A stretch of 64,000 bases of DNA from Azolla caroliniana (GCA_043228905.1 JBHGNT010000008.1:17484001-17548000), one strand, 5' to 3'. Shown: positions 38,843 through 52,977, counted from the first letter of the stretch. The notes: generated from the sequence alone by a model not told the origin. Numbers and translations are program-made.

Positions 38843-40964
38843 GTTCTGACAGTTTGATTCAAATTTTTCTCCTTTACCCTCTTGCACAAACACTAGTAAG
38901 TACCCATGGCTACTAACAACCCACAAGAATACCTCGCCCTTGTTGCAGAAATGGAGAATCTCAAAAGCAAGTTTGCATCACTAGAGCTAGAGAATCAACG
39001 ATTTCTTGAATATTTACATAAGGTTTCTGTAGAGAAGCAACAAATACACAACGAGTCGACAATAGTAGCTTTACAACAACTAAAAGTCGACTGTCAAGGA
39101 GTTCTTAAGGAGTCCAAAATCAGCCTCCCAACTAAATTCGATGGTTCGAGAGCACATTTTCGGGGTTTTATAAATCAAGTGTGGTTGGTAATTCAGATGC
39201 ATCCCACGCGTTATCCAATGGATTCATCTTGGGTCGGGTTAGTGGGAACTTTATTGATTGGCACGACATTGTCATGGTTTTCTCCATTGCTAGAAGCAAA
39301 TTTTCCCGTACTCAACAACTTTGAAGAATTTATCAAAGAGTTTAAGGCTTGCGTCGGAGACACAGATAGTGTAAGAACGGCAATCAACAAGATTCACACA
39401 CTGCGGCAAGGGGATCAACCAACATCAACGTATGCAACCAATTTTCATCTCATTGCAAGTGATATTCCTTGGGACAAACAAGCCCGAATGGCGCAGTTTC
39501 GTTCGGGCCTCCATGAAGATGTAAAAGATTTACTTCTTACCTTCGTTGAGGATCCAAAATCCCTTACAGTAGTTATTAGCCGAGCTGTACGGTGTGATAA
39601 TCGGCTTTTTGAGCGTCGGTCTGAGCGACAACAGCAACAAACAAGATCAAGATTTACGCCAACTTATGCATCAATGACGGAACAATCTCCAAGGCAACAA
39701 TATAGCCCCGTCCCAACTCCACGGCAAGTACGTAGCCCAACACCAATGGAGATTGATATGACCCGGCGACAAGGACCTCTATCGAATGAAGAGAAACAAC
39801 ATCGTCGAGCAAATTGACTATGCTTATATTGTGGAGGTCCAGGACATATTGCCATTTACTAGCCCAAGACGTCAGGTACATCACATTAACTATGATAATA
39901 GAAATGAGTCTAGCATTGTTGAAACTGTGCCAACTAGTGTTTCTAGTAATCCAACTCTATCCAATAAGTTTGAGGTCCTAAGCCAATTAGAGGAGGAGTC
40001 AAACGAATAAGTCCGCCCAAAATCGGAGCCGTTTGGTTGGATAGTCCTAGATTTGTACAGCCTAGTGTGGGTTCCATCTCTTCCAAGCATGTTAGTAGAG
40101 TTTTCTCAACGCAAGTACAAGTTAGGACACCAAGTTGTCAACTTCATGACCCAGCTCTCTTAGATACCGGAGCCAATTCTTGTTTCATGGATAGAGATTT
40201 TGCCCGAAAACATCAAATACCCTTGCATAAACTTCCTTGCCCAATTTCCGTAGTAGTGATTGATGGTCGTCCCATAGCTTCTGGAAAGATATTCGAGGAG
40301 TTTGAGCCGATACACATACTCTTAGGTGATTTAGGATGTGTAGTTTCCTTTAATATAATTCGTAGCCCTGAGCATCCAATAGTCCTTGATTTGCCATGGT
40401 TCGAGCTACACAACCCAATAATTGATTGGAGACGATGAGAAAGTAGGTGCCCTTCAAAAGGAAACATAGTAGTCAAGGGTCGAACCCAGGATCCTCCCCT
40501 TGAAAAACATAGTGTTACCAATTCACGTTCTACCAAACATGTTGTTCCTCTTCATCAGATTTTAACCATCACCCTACAACAATTATGCCAAGAAGGAGCA
40601 AAAGAAGATTTATTCTTATTTGCCATATCAGTTGAACCTTCTAGTGACACTCAAGGGAAGTCTGAGGGCTACATCCCTAAAAAGTATGAAGAATATGCTA
40701 ATGTCTTCGACAAAGTCAAAGTTAGTGTACTTCCAAAGCATCGGCCATACGATTGTCCCCTTGATCTACAGCCAGGAAAAGAGCCACCATGGGGTCTGAT
40801 CTAGAATCTGTCACCAACGGAGCTTGAGGTTCTTCGAGCATACATTGACAAGAATCTTGCAAGTGGATTTATTCGACATTCAAAGTCTCTAGTTGGTGCT
40901 CCTATCTTTTTCGTGACGAGTCACTTTGTTTGGTCGTGGATTATCGTGGATTAAATAAAGTCAC

Positions 40965-43433
40965 AATAAGAAATAGGTATGCTCTACCTTTAATTTCCAG
41001 TCTTTTAGAGTGCATTGGTGGGGCAAAGCATTTTACCAAGATTGATCTAAGGGGTGAATATGATCTTGTTCGTATTCGATCGAGAGACGAGTGGAAGACT
41101 GCATTTCACACTTGGTATGGCCATTTTGAGTATACAGTCATGCCTTTTGGACTCACAAATGCTCTCGTCGTGTTTCAACATATGGCAAATGACATTTTAT
41201 GAGATTTTCTAGATATCTTTCTCATTATCTATTTAGATGATCTATTGATTTATTCTAGAATACAGGAGGAGCATGATATGCATGTGCGGAAGGTACCATA
41301 ACGCTTAAGAGAGTATGGTCTTTATGCCAAACTAGAGAAGTGCAGTTTTGATTGCAAAGAAGTTGAGTTCTTGGGTTATACCATTTCATCCAAAAGTATC
41401 TTCATGGATCCAGTGAAAGTTCAAACAATATTGGAATGACATACTCCAAGTTCCGTCCGCGATGTCTAGTGTTTCCTTGGATTTTCCAACTTCTACCGCA
41501 AATTCATATGGAATTATTTGAAGATTGTATTGCCACTCACTCAACTCACCAAGAAAAATCCAACATTTGTTTGGACTCCTGAAGCAAACAAAGCCTTTAC
41601 TCAGTTGAAAGAGGCATTCACATCAGCTCCTGTCTTAGTTCATGTTGATCCAAAAAAGCCATTTATCATTGAGGTAGACGCATCCAACTTTGCATTGGGG
41701 AGCATCCTATCACAGCCAGGTGAAGATGGGGAAATGCATCCAGTCGCATTTCACTGAAGAAAATTTAATGTTGCGGAGATCAACTACGAGGTGCATGACA
41801 AAGAGTTACTAGTTGTGGTCGACTCTTTTGTGCAATGATGACATTTCTTGGAAGGTTCACTTCATCAAATCATCATTTATAGTGACCACAAAAATCTTAC
41901 ATATTTTCAGACGGCTCGAGTGCTAAATAGGTGACAAGCTCGGTGGGCGCAATTTTTAACTCGTTTTGATTTCAAGATCATTTTCCGCCCATGGAAACAA
42001 CAAGGGCAAGTAGAAGCTCTATCTCGACGCTCATATTTGGCACTTCACCCTGGACATCCAGCTTTCGACAATCAAAGGCAAGTTCTCCTTGGTCCAGCAA
42101 AACTACAAGCAACCACAGTTTGTGCCACGCCACTGGATTCAAGTCTTCTTAATACTATTCGACAACAACTTCACTCTGATGATTTTGCTAAGGTTGCTCT
42201 ACCTAATAAGAAATAGGTATGCTCTACCTTTAATTTCCAGTCTTTTAGAGCGCATTGGTGGGGCAAAGCATTTTACCAAGATTGATCTAAGGGGTGAATA
42301 TAATCTTGTTCGTATTCGACCGGGAAACGAGTGGAAGACTGCATTTCACACTCGATATGGCCATTTCAAGTATACAATCATGCCTTTTGGGCTCACAAAT
42401 GCTCCCGCCGTGTTTCAACATATGGCAAATGACATTTTCTGAGATTTTCTAGATATCTTTCTCATCATCTATTTAGATTATCTATTGATTTATTCTAGAA
42501 CACAGGAGGAGCATGATATACATGTGCGAAAGGTACTCCAACACTTAAGAGAGTATGGTCTTTATGCCAAACTAGAGAAGTGCAGTTTTGATTGCAAAGA
42601 AGTTGAGTTCTTGGGTTATACCATTTCATCCAAAAGTATCTTCATGGATCCAGCGAAAGTTCAAACAATATTGGAATGGCATACTCCAAGTTCTGTCCGC
42701 GATGTCTAGTGTTTCCTTGGATTTTCCAACTTCTACCGCAAATTCATATGGAATTATTTGAAGATTGTGTTGCCACTCACTCAACTCACCAAGAGAAATC
42801 CAGCATTTGTTTGGACTCCTAAAGCAGACAAAGCCTTTACTCAGTTGAAAGAGGCATTCACATCAGCTCTTGTCTTAGTTCATGTTGATCCAAAAAAGCC
42901 ATTTATCATTGAGGCAGACGCATCCAACTTTGCATTGGGGAGCATCCTATCACAGCCAGGTGAAGATGGGCAAATGCATCCAGTCGCGTTTCACTGAAAA
43001 AAATTTAATGTTGCGGAGATCAACTACGAGGTGCATGACAAAGAGTTACTAGCTTTGGTCGACTCTTTTGTGCAATGATGACATTTCTTGGAAGGTTCAC
43101 TTCACCAAATCATCATTTATAGTGACCACAAAAATCTTACATATTTTTAGACGGCCCGAGTGCTAAATAGGTGACAAGCTCGGTGGGCGCAATTTTTAAC
43201 TCATTTTGATTTCAAGATCATTTTTCGCCCAGGGAAACAACAAGGGCAAGCTGAAGCTCTATCTCGACGCTCATATTTGGCACTTCTCCTTGGACATCCA
43301 ACTTTCGACAATCAAAGGCAAGTTCTCCTTGGTCCAGCAAAACTACAAGCAACCACGGTTTGTGCCACGCCATTAGATTCAAGTCTTCTTGATACTATTC
43401 GACAACAACTTCTCTCTGATGATTTTGCTAAGG
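40965..43433 (+). repeat. tandem duplication of the RT-RNase H region (period 1240 bp)
   Basis: 40965-42193 repeated at 42205-43433 with shared stop codons. Confidence 0.95.
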
Positions 43434-43890
43434 ATGTCTTCGCCCACCTTGGTCCAAATCATGCATTTTGCTCCACATTGACAGGGACATCTCGATGCTA
43501 TAAGGAGTTCAAGTGGCAAGATAACTTACTTTTCTACAAGAATCTCCTTTATGTCCCTGATGGATCACCACGCCTTCGAGTGTTGGAGCACTGTCATGAT
43601 GCCCATATGGCCGAACACTTTGTTATTGCTAAGACCATGGAGCTAGTGAAGCGATCATTTTGGTGGCCTCATTTACAACAATTTGTTGAAGATTACGTTT
43701 GCACATGTGACACATGTTGTCGAGCTAAAATGCCTAGGCATCATCCTTATGGGTTGTTACAACCATTGCCAACTCCAAGCAAGCCATGGTAGTCAATTTC
43801 TATAGATTTCATTACAGATCTGCCAGCTTCACAGGGTTTTGATGCTATTTTAACCGTAGTGGAAAGTGAAAATACAAAACGACACCAAAA

Positions 43891-44003
43891 TGAGAGGGAA
43901 AAATGTATATTTATTACATGCCCATAAGGGGTTTATATAATACATCCAATGTAACAGTTACGTGACCGTTATAAATAAGACCGTTACGCATTCTTGTACA
44001 CAT
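43891..44003. repeat. 113-bp direct repeat (partner at 51182-51294) bounding an unclassified element
   Basis: Near-identical sequence at offset 7291. Confidence 0.9.
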
Positions 44004-44409
44004 GCACATAATTGTGCATGTGTCCATACACATACACATCCTCACACACTCATTTACTTTACACATACACATCAACCACATCATTACACCTACCCTTATG
44101 TCTCCCCGTATATTCTTACGGGTAACACATGGCACGCCTGTGGGACAGTGCATTGCACGATGAACCCACTCGCCATGGCAACTCTTCTCGACTAGAACTC
44201 CATCGGTCGTCTTCACGGTCGGAAATCCCTCGACCAGATCACTGCTCTACGATTGATAACTTCGATCGGAGCTTTGCTTGACTCGAACCCTCTCGTTCGG
44301 TCAGCACAAGTCACGATTGGATCATACACCAATCGGCTAGTTCAATGTGGCATGGGTCGTGAAATCGTGTTGTGCATTTGTGTATTCTTTCTTTCATCAT
44401 GTGAGTTGT

Positions 44410-45480
44410 GTTTTTGAAATTTCATGATTTGTACCACTTATTTTTTGAAATTCTGGTTTTTACCCTCATGTTTTTTTTATTTTCTGCCCTTGAGTTTTTG
44501 AAATTTTCTCTTCTGCACTCGAGCTTCTGAAATTCGACGGTATGCCCTCGAATTATTGAAATTTTACTCTCTGCCCTTACGTTTCTGAAATTTTGTGGAA
44601 TGCCCTTGAGCTTGTGAAATTCTCCTCCGCTGCCAGGTTCTTGAAATTCGGTTGCGTGCCTCGTATTATTGTAATTTTTATCCAGCCCTCAAGCTTTTCT
44701 TTTACTTCTTTGTCTTTTTCTTCCTTTCTGTTTTCTTCTCTGTCTCTGACTTCTTCCTGCATTCTTCTCCTTCCTTTGTCCCGTTTCTTCTTCACCTTCA
44801 TCCGTTTCTCCTTCTTTAGCCATGGCAGAGCTCGGTGGAGCTCTCTCTCTACTCTGTCTTGGTATATGTCTGTGTCTATGTCAGTCTACGTCGTTTCTGT
44901 TCGTCGGTCGTCGGTCGTGCCTGTCCGTTGGCCATTTGTCGATCGTCATCGTCGCCGACTGTCCGACGACCATCTCTCAGTTCGGCCGGTTGAGTCGTCA
45001 GTGGTCGTGTCTGTTCGGCCAGTGTCTTTTTGGTCGTCTGGCCTGTTGGTTGTCTCTCTTGGCTGGCTGTTTGCCCATACTCTCGGCCGCAAGTCTCGGC
45101 CATATTCTCGTTTGTGCGTCTCGACCGTGCTCTTGGTCGCATGTCTCGGCCACGCGTCTCGGCCGTCGTTTCTCGGCCATCACTTGGCCGTACTCTCGGG
45201 CGCGCGTCTCGGCCGTACTCTCGCTCGTGCCTCTTGGCCCTACTCTAGGCCGTGCATCTCGGCCTTCCTCTCGACCGCACTCTCGACCGCACATCTCGGC
45301 CATGTGTCTCAGTCATCTTCTTGACCGCGCGTCTCGGCCGTAGTCTCGGCCACGCATCTCAGTCGTCTTCTCGACCGCGCTTCTTCGTCGTACTCTCGAC
45401 CATGCATCTCGGCCACGAGTACGACCATGCATCTCGGCCACGCATCTCGGTCGTGCTCTCGGCCACGCCTCTCGACCGTC
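44410..45480. repeat. degenerate minisatellites: ~30-bp GCCCTYGAG...TGAAATT units, then TCTCGGCC/TCTCGACC units
   Basis: Repeated motifs at 44410-44680 and 45080-45480. Confidence 0.8.
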
Positions 45481-46379
45481 TACTGCTGCTATCTGGGCTT
45501 GTCCATTCGGCCATTGTTCGATCACTATCTGACTACTGTTTAGCCACCGCTATCTGGCTACTATCCGGCCGTTATCCGGTCGTCACTCGGATGCTTGTAG
45601 CGGCTTCAACTCTTGCATCTTGCCATTATGCTTCCTGAACTTCTTCTATGACAAATCAAACTTTGAAGGTCCACTAATAGTGCAAACCATACTTCGCCTT
45701 AACTGTATCTATGCTGATGGAGAGGGTAGTGGCATTGTATTCATTGATTTGATGGGATCAGCAGTGAGTATCTCCCTAAAACGTATCTTCCTTTCTTTCC
45801 CTTGAAATTTGCTTCGTCTTCATCGAGAAGGATCATATTCACCACAAACAACAGAGTCATATTCATGTGTACTCGTAATTCCATCTATGCTTCGAGAAAG
45901 ACATGCTCCCATTTCTATTCCACTTTTGGATGATCAGATCAGGCTGTGGAAGATTAATGTAGGACAAACCCCTCACGGAGAAATCGTAACTTATATTCCC
46001 ACCATAGCCAAAAAATTTGAGAGTTTGAAGCTATGGTGGCTTCAAGTTCAAGCGCTAGTACTCCTTAATGGCAACTTCAAACTATTAGATGATCGAATCG
46101 ATGTCGAAGCAAACAACGGCAAACAACGGCTCCTTGGAATGTAGACAAGTAAACTTCCTTCTAGTCCCACCTTATGCCTGAAGAGAAACATCATGCAGGA
46201 CAACAGAGACATGGTGCAGAGATCTGCGATACATACTAGTGGCGATGGTGAAGCCTGACTTCTGCCTCTCTCTGTTCTCCTTGATGCACAAAGACACACA
46301 ACTGATTACAGACACAACTAGGAACACTATCGTAAGGAAGAGAAGGAAAAGAAGATGAAATGGAAGAGGAAGATGAAGC

Positions 46380-49300
46380 ATTAGTATTAGAACTTTTATC
46401 GTCCGTAAAGAGGCCAATTTTGACCTATGGGACTAGAGTATACATGTGTTCTTGATATGTCTCCTTCCTAGAAGGGGTATTCATACGTTGAAGCACAAAG
46501 TCTCTATGTGTTAGTAAAGCATACACATATGAGCTCAACCTTCTAGGTGGTGTCTTAAGTATGACACTTAAGTTATCACTCCCTCATACGTCAGCATATC
46601 TTGAACGAATTGCACTATATGTCGAGCATGTGAAGAGCAAGTGACATTCATCCTCTACCATGCCTTCTTTGCATACTTTACATGTCTTCAAATTCGTTAC
46701 ATTTTGATACCATGATACAACTTCAATACCTAACTTGTGAGATCGAGTGCAAAGTAGTGTAAGGGCTCTACGAGCATTACTACTCATATTGGTAATGAGA
46801 TAAGGTTGGATACGATCAATAAACATTCTTGCTTTATATTGAGACCAACATTCAGGGTTGACATTTGCAATGTAGTATTCTAGCTTTTTCCTCTTAACAT
46901 CCTCCCACTTCATCCTTAATGATTCCACCAACCTTTCCTCAATCATTACATATTGCATAACATTGCTCGAAAGCTCTAAAAGATCATCCACGCCCCATTT
47001 TCTAAACCATTTCCTTATGTCAACAACCCAACAGGATGAGAGAATCTTACTTTTATGATTCTTTTGTAGCTTACATCCAACATTCCAAGCAAGATGTGGT
47101 AATCGATGATTCGGCATATTGTTGACTTTTGTAATGTATTTATATACTCTTTGGAGTGCCAATAGTTCTACGGGTCGAACACTCGTTTCCAAGAGCATAA
47201 CCTGGTAAGAGGTAGTGTATTTAACTCCTAATTGCCTCCTTAAAAACATCTTTTGAATTTTCTCAATCTCGTTCCATGCATTAAGAGAGATGGTGCCACC
47301 CCATACGTCTACTCCATAAAGCAATACTTGAGTTACCATGGCATTGAACAACATTAGTTTTACTTCCCATCCATAAGTATCACTTTGGTTGCATTGGTTC
47401 TCCAAAAGGTAATATGATTTCCAACTGGCTTGGAGTCTAGAATCAAAGCATGCACTCCATTTATTTGTGGTGGCTACATCAATACCAAGATATTTATGTC
47501 ATGGACACACCAAGCACGGATGGTGAGGCTATGACGGAGCGATGATGCGAGGAACAAGAGCATAAAGATAGAGATGAAGATCAAGGAGAGAGGATGGATA
47601 TTGTAATAACATATGTAAACCAAGAGGTTATGGGTTCGATTCCTGGTTCGCCAAGATGAATGTCATGAAGACATACATCTTGGCTTATCATGACATTCAT
47701 CTTGAGTGGCATGCATACCTGTTGCACGCATGTGATACAATAGAGCATGTAGGTAGTAGGTACACATGCATGTGCCAAGTGTTAATAATACAAGGGAGAA
47801 ATTATACACATGATGCTAGCTAAAACCTACAATGAGGAAATATATACATGATTATATGTTAGATGTGTGGTTAGCACATAACACTCGATTACAACATGGT
47901 TACATTCTCTATGGGTGCTGGGAGTTCGACGCCTCTGCTTCGTGGGTAGCCCATGCGCTGCCAGCAGAGGCTTTTCCTTCTGCGTTTCTCTGGGTTCACT
48001 GTTTTCCGTCCGTGTGCGAGAGTAGGGTCCCCGTGTCGAGCCTATCGCCGCCTTGCCGGTTGTAACCGTCGGAGTTTGTTCACCTTCCAACTAGAAGCAT
48101 CACCCGTCTCCGTCATCGCCTTTGCTTCTAGAGTTACCATCGTCACCATACCATCATCAACATCGCTTCATTTCCTATCTTCCTCGCCAGTCATGGACAT
48201 ATCAATCTAGTATTTTCGTTTCGCCCAATCTTGTCTCCATGATCTTCATATCTATCTTTATGCTCTTGTGTCATTCCATCATCGCTCCGTCGTAGTCTCA
48301 TCATCTGTGCTCCGTCTTAGTCCGCATTGGGTGTGTCCGTGACAGTTTGTTCACCTTCCAACTAGAAGCATCACCCGTCTCCGTCATCGCCTTTGCTTCT
48401 AGAGTTACCATCGTCACCATACCATCATCAACATCGCTTCATTTCCTATCTTCCTCGCCAGTCATGGACATATCAATCTAGTATTTTCGTTTCGCCCAAT
48501 CTTGTCTCCATGATCTTCATATCTATCTTTATGCTCTTGTGTCATTCCATCATCGCTCCGTCGTAGTCTCATCATCTGTGCTCCGTCTTAGTCCGCATTG
48601 GGTGTGTCCGTGACAATTTAAAGCTTTGAACGAATTGCATATGTTCACCTTTATATGTGAGCATAGGGTAATGATGAGGTTGGATCGTTTGCACTACCAT
48701 CATTTTTGTTTTCTCTACATTCACTGCTAGTCCACTACTATGGCAAAATTCTTCTAATACCCCAAGTAAATGTTGCATATTATCAACATCATATGAGAAG
48801 AGTACCACATCATCTACATATAGAAGCAATAAGATAACATGTTGCATCAAATTGGGGCCATTCAATCCTTCTTCTCTTGCAACCTTATTCACCACTTCTT
48901 CTAATTTATCAATACATAAGCCAAAGAGTGTGGGTGATAATGGACATCCTTGCTTGACCCCCATGTTACTTAAGAAGTACTTTGAGAATCCACTATCCAT
49001 TTTTAGTTGGCATTTAACTTGTTCATATAGGCGTGCAACCGCAACTCGGTACGCTAATGGCATGTCAATGTCTACCATTCTATTCCAAAGCTCACTTCGT
49101 GGTATAGTATAAAAAGCTTTCTTGAAATCAACAAAACAACAATAAAGTGTTTTTCCTTATAGTCGACTCTCTTCCATGATTACTCTTAATGTGACCAAAT
49201 GATCCACGGTGGACTGTTTTGGTCTAAATCTGGCTTGCCCATGTGCTTATCTTTTGTTCCATAATAGTGCTATATATAATTTAGCAATAGTTGAGCTCAC

Positions 49301-50715
49301 CATTATTGTACGATAATTTGATACTTGATTCCTATCTCCGGCTTTAAATATTGGTTTAATCCAATTCATAAGCCAATCATTTGGAAATCCTTGTTTTATA
49401 GCTTGCTCTAAAATTGTCATTATCCAATGACGAGTGTGTGGCATTGTCCATTTTAAAAGCTCACTTGAGACGTAGGTTGAATCTGTTGCTTTCCCACTTG
49501 TCATCTTCTTTATTCCCTTATTGATATCATCAATATCAATACATGTAGTGCATGGAGTTTCAATTTTCTCAACCATAGGAGCCACGCCTTCATGCATATA
49601 TAAGCTTTGTACATAGTCTAGCATCTCTTCATTTGTAAAGTGACCTTTCACATCTTCTTTCTTACCCTTGAGTTGTCCCCATGCTAATGTTGGTTTGAGC
49701 TTAAACAAGTTTTTCTTTTTCATCTCTTGCATTTGGAAATATCTTCTTTTCTTTCTCCTCACTACTTTCTAGTATATGTGCCATGCAACAATCTTTTCAT
49801 TTCCCCCTTCTATGGACTTGAACCATTTGAGATATATCTTACATTCATCGTCGAACCAAGAATTACATGGAAAACTACACACCTTATGCCCACCCACATG
49901 TCTCTTAAAGCATTGATATCCAACCTTAAGGATTACCTTCAAATATTGCCAATTTTCTTTAACATCGTTGCTTAGAGAAAAATTTAACAAATGGTTCTCC
50001 ACTTCCTGTGCATACATCTTAGCTTTTTCGTAGCAAGGTCGGATGATACATCTCTTTTCGTCTTTCACTCTACGGCATCTAATGGAATGTGGAATTGCAA
50101 GCTCTAAGTACAATGGCTTGTGGTCTGAGTCCGGAGATAGAGAACCAACTTTAAACACATTCACCAATGATAGATCACATGCCAACATTGATGCATAATC
50201 AACCACACTTCCTCCACCGGAGCATGGTAAACATGTGAGCACATTTGTCAATGGGAATGCCTTTATACCATCAAGTTTGTGCAATTTAGCATATGTATCA
50301 AAAGTTTTCCATAATCTAACATGACACAATCCTCTAAGTCATGCACTACACAATGTTCTACTACATTTTCTTCAAATGTCACCACATTTTGGAAATTTCC
50401 AACTCTTGCATTGAAGTCTCCCATAATTAAAACTTTACCAAGCTTCTCAAATGAAAGTATATCATGGCATAATTCTGTAAAAGGATCATCACAATCTAAC
50501 CCAAACCTACTATACTAGTTTGAGTCTTTGTGAGGAATGTAACATGCAACTATATACAACTTCTCTTTCCCCAAATTAACCTCTATCCATATGTATCTCT
50601 TATAGTCATCATATTTGCCTACTTTGATAGAATTATCTAAGCTCTCATGGCAGATACATGCTATCCCGGCACGCCCAATATTCCCTTTGGAGTGAGGCCA
50701 TATCGATTTTATGAG
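46380..50715 (-). mobile_element. LINE ORF2 relic (APE endonuclease, RT, CCHC tail), 5'-truncated, interrupted by an LTR remnant
   Basis: MGDFNA, VVDY and SDHKP (EN); NYRTI, GVKQGCPLSPTLF and LLYVDD (RT); SHKLGIE...CKVC...EDECHLLFTC. Confidence 0.9.
47497..48615. mobile_element. LTR remnant (848-bp LTR plus a duplicated terminal 271 bp) with 5-bp TSD
   Basis: ATTTA TSD at 47492-47496 and 48616-48620; termini TGTCATGGACACACC / GGTGTGTCCGTGACA; 48074-48344 repeated at 48345-48615. Confidence 0.88.
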
Positions 50716-51294
50716 GGATTAAAGCTTCGTCCTCCCATGAATCGTGTTTTGCCAAACCCTTAGCCTTGCTTAGCTTTGCATTATTGTAGGTTCTCCTGGA
50801 AAACATATCTTGCTTGAAGTAGATCCATCACCATATTGAAGTTCTCTATCTAGATGAAGGCAGAAATGAGGCATTATATTGTGGTCGAAATTGAATCTCC
50901 TCTAATGGAACACCCACCATTCCTTCACCTACACCAACATACACACACACACACAACACAAACACGAACACAAGTATGTGGAGAGAGAGAGACACTTCTT
51001 CTCAAGGGAGCTCGCACATGGAGAGAGATATACTTCCTCTCAAGGGAGGGCCGTCCCATCCGGCGTGCCAAAAGTGTTGTCGGGGTGGGGGGTCAAGCCT
51101 AGAATGGCTTCAACCCCCTCTCAAGGGGGTTACGATAGGGAGAGAGCTAGAGAGAGAGACAAATAGGAAATGACACAAATGTGAGAGGGAAAAATGTATA
51201 TTCATTACATGCCCATAAGGGGTTTATATAATACATCCAATGTAACAGTTACATGACCGTTATAAATAAGACCGTTCCGCATTCTTGAACACAT

Positions 51295-52977
51295 TGCCCC
51301 ATATCTTTTCCACCATGAGATAGGTTTACATTTTGCAATGTGTGATTTTGATAGTTCATTGCTAAATCGGCCCACGCCATTCCTATACATGTCAAATTGA
51401 TCTTGCAAGATTTCACATTCATCTATAGAATATACCTTTTGAATATATGCAAGCCATCCATCCGTCATCTCTGCATTCATAACTATTGGTTGATCTTGGG
51501 CTTCCATAAAGTATGCAAAATATGAATTGGCTTTTTGAACCACGACCAACGACAATCAAAACATTCCAAAACCTCTTTATATCTGCATTAACATTTGAAT
51601 TTGAATCAAAACTCGAATACAATGGATGCATAATCGAAATTACAATCATAATTGAAGGCAAAGTAGAGTTATATTGCACAATGGACTTCACCTTGACAAC
51701 ATCTGGCCTTTTGGAGTCACTCCAATCCTCCCAATAGTTACTAACCACAGTTTGTTCAAGGGCTCTCCAAACTCTTGCCAGCCTCTCAAGGACAATAAGA
51801 ATGTAGCCAAATCGAGTGGCACTTGGCCTAAGGAGCACAAGAGATGAATAGTTACTTAAAAGTTTTCGTGCATTCCTTTTCTTGGTGAATAGTCTACCCA
51901 CACAATTTGCTCTCTTGTGCTATCGACGAACCCAACTCAACTTCCCAATATCCTCTAGCAATACATCTAAACAATGTGATGCACGAGTCCATACAAGGCT
52001 TGGGAATTCAGTCTCTAGAATGTGACCCATGCTAACACAATTTGATGCATTATCAGTGACAATTTGCACCACATTTTCTACTTTTACTTCCTTTATCACA
52101 GTTGACAGCATTTCAGCCAACCATGGACATTGAACCCTTGTAGAAACAATACTATAATCAATAGTGTTAAGGTACATAGTGCCATAACAACATGAGACCA
52201 AAATATTCACAAGTGCTCACTTGCTAGTGTCAATCCATCCATTTGAAAGTATGGTAAATCCATATTTTGGCCAAAGGGCTTTCACATTTTTCACTTTGTG
52301 TTGTACATTCAAATGCTCTTTCTTTAAATATTTAACTCTTAAATCATTGTAGGTAATACCACTATACTTTTCCCTAGTATCAGAGAAAGCTAACAACATG
52401 TTCCTCCAACATGAAATTTTCAAAAGATTAAAAGATAGATTACCTTCCACAATGCATCTAACCAACATTGTGTTTGCATGGTCTTTCTAAGTTGATCAAC
52501 ATAGTCGCACTTGATCCTCATCGTACTTTGAGTGAGGCTTTTTCTTCTTGAACCTTCTATAACTTCAATATCAATAGGAATTTGGTCTGTTGAATCCTTC
52601 TTAGATGAGGCACATATGCTATCAATTGAAGGTTGTGATTGGAATATTGAATCAACCATTGAATCCACCATGCCTTCTTGAAGCTCAATTTGTTTTTCCA
52701 CGACTGAATCTACTTCTTTAATGCATTTTAGCTTTTTGCGAGTCAATTCACTTGCTTGTTTTATTGCTATAGCATCTTGATATGCCTCTAGAGTTACTTG
52801 CACACACTTGTCTATACCTTCACCTTTAATTCCAACAAGGTGAGCAACTAAACGTTTTAGTGTCCCAGACCCATGAAAACCACATAATCTACAATCCCAA
52901 TAATAGTTCCTAGATGAGTTCCCAACTTGTTTGTTCAAACAATATTGATCCCATAAGGGAGATTCCTTGTGTGGCAT
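51295..52977 (-). pseudogene. hAT transposase (BED finger, DUF659-type core), decayed and 3'-interrupted
   Basis: WDCRLCG...LVAHL...C; FTILSNGW; VQIVTDNASNC; RPSATRF; WWKRYG. Confidence 0.88.

Larger units (their letters stand above)
37547..43860 (+). mobile_element. second Tcn1-like chromovirus, heavily decayed and 3'-truncated within integrase
   Basis: LTR 37547-38851 (split by a MITE) ending TGACA+GTTTG; gag 38906-40010; PR LLDTGA; RT YLDD; RH; integrase breaks off at ILTVV (~43860). Confidence 0.92.

Noticed and set aside
44410-44680. CRISPR-like periodic repeats
   Set aside because: Degenerate tandem units without unique spacers, no cas genes, and a eukaryotic context.
44593-45638. Overlapping Arg/Ser-rich ORFs on both strands
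   Set aside because: They arise from GC-rich minisatellite sequence and show no domain motifs.
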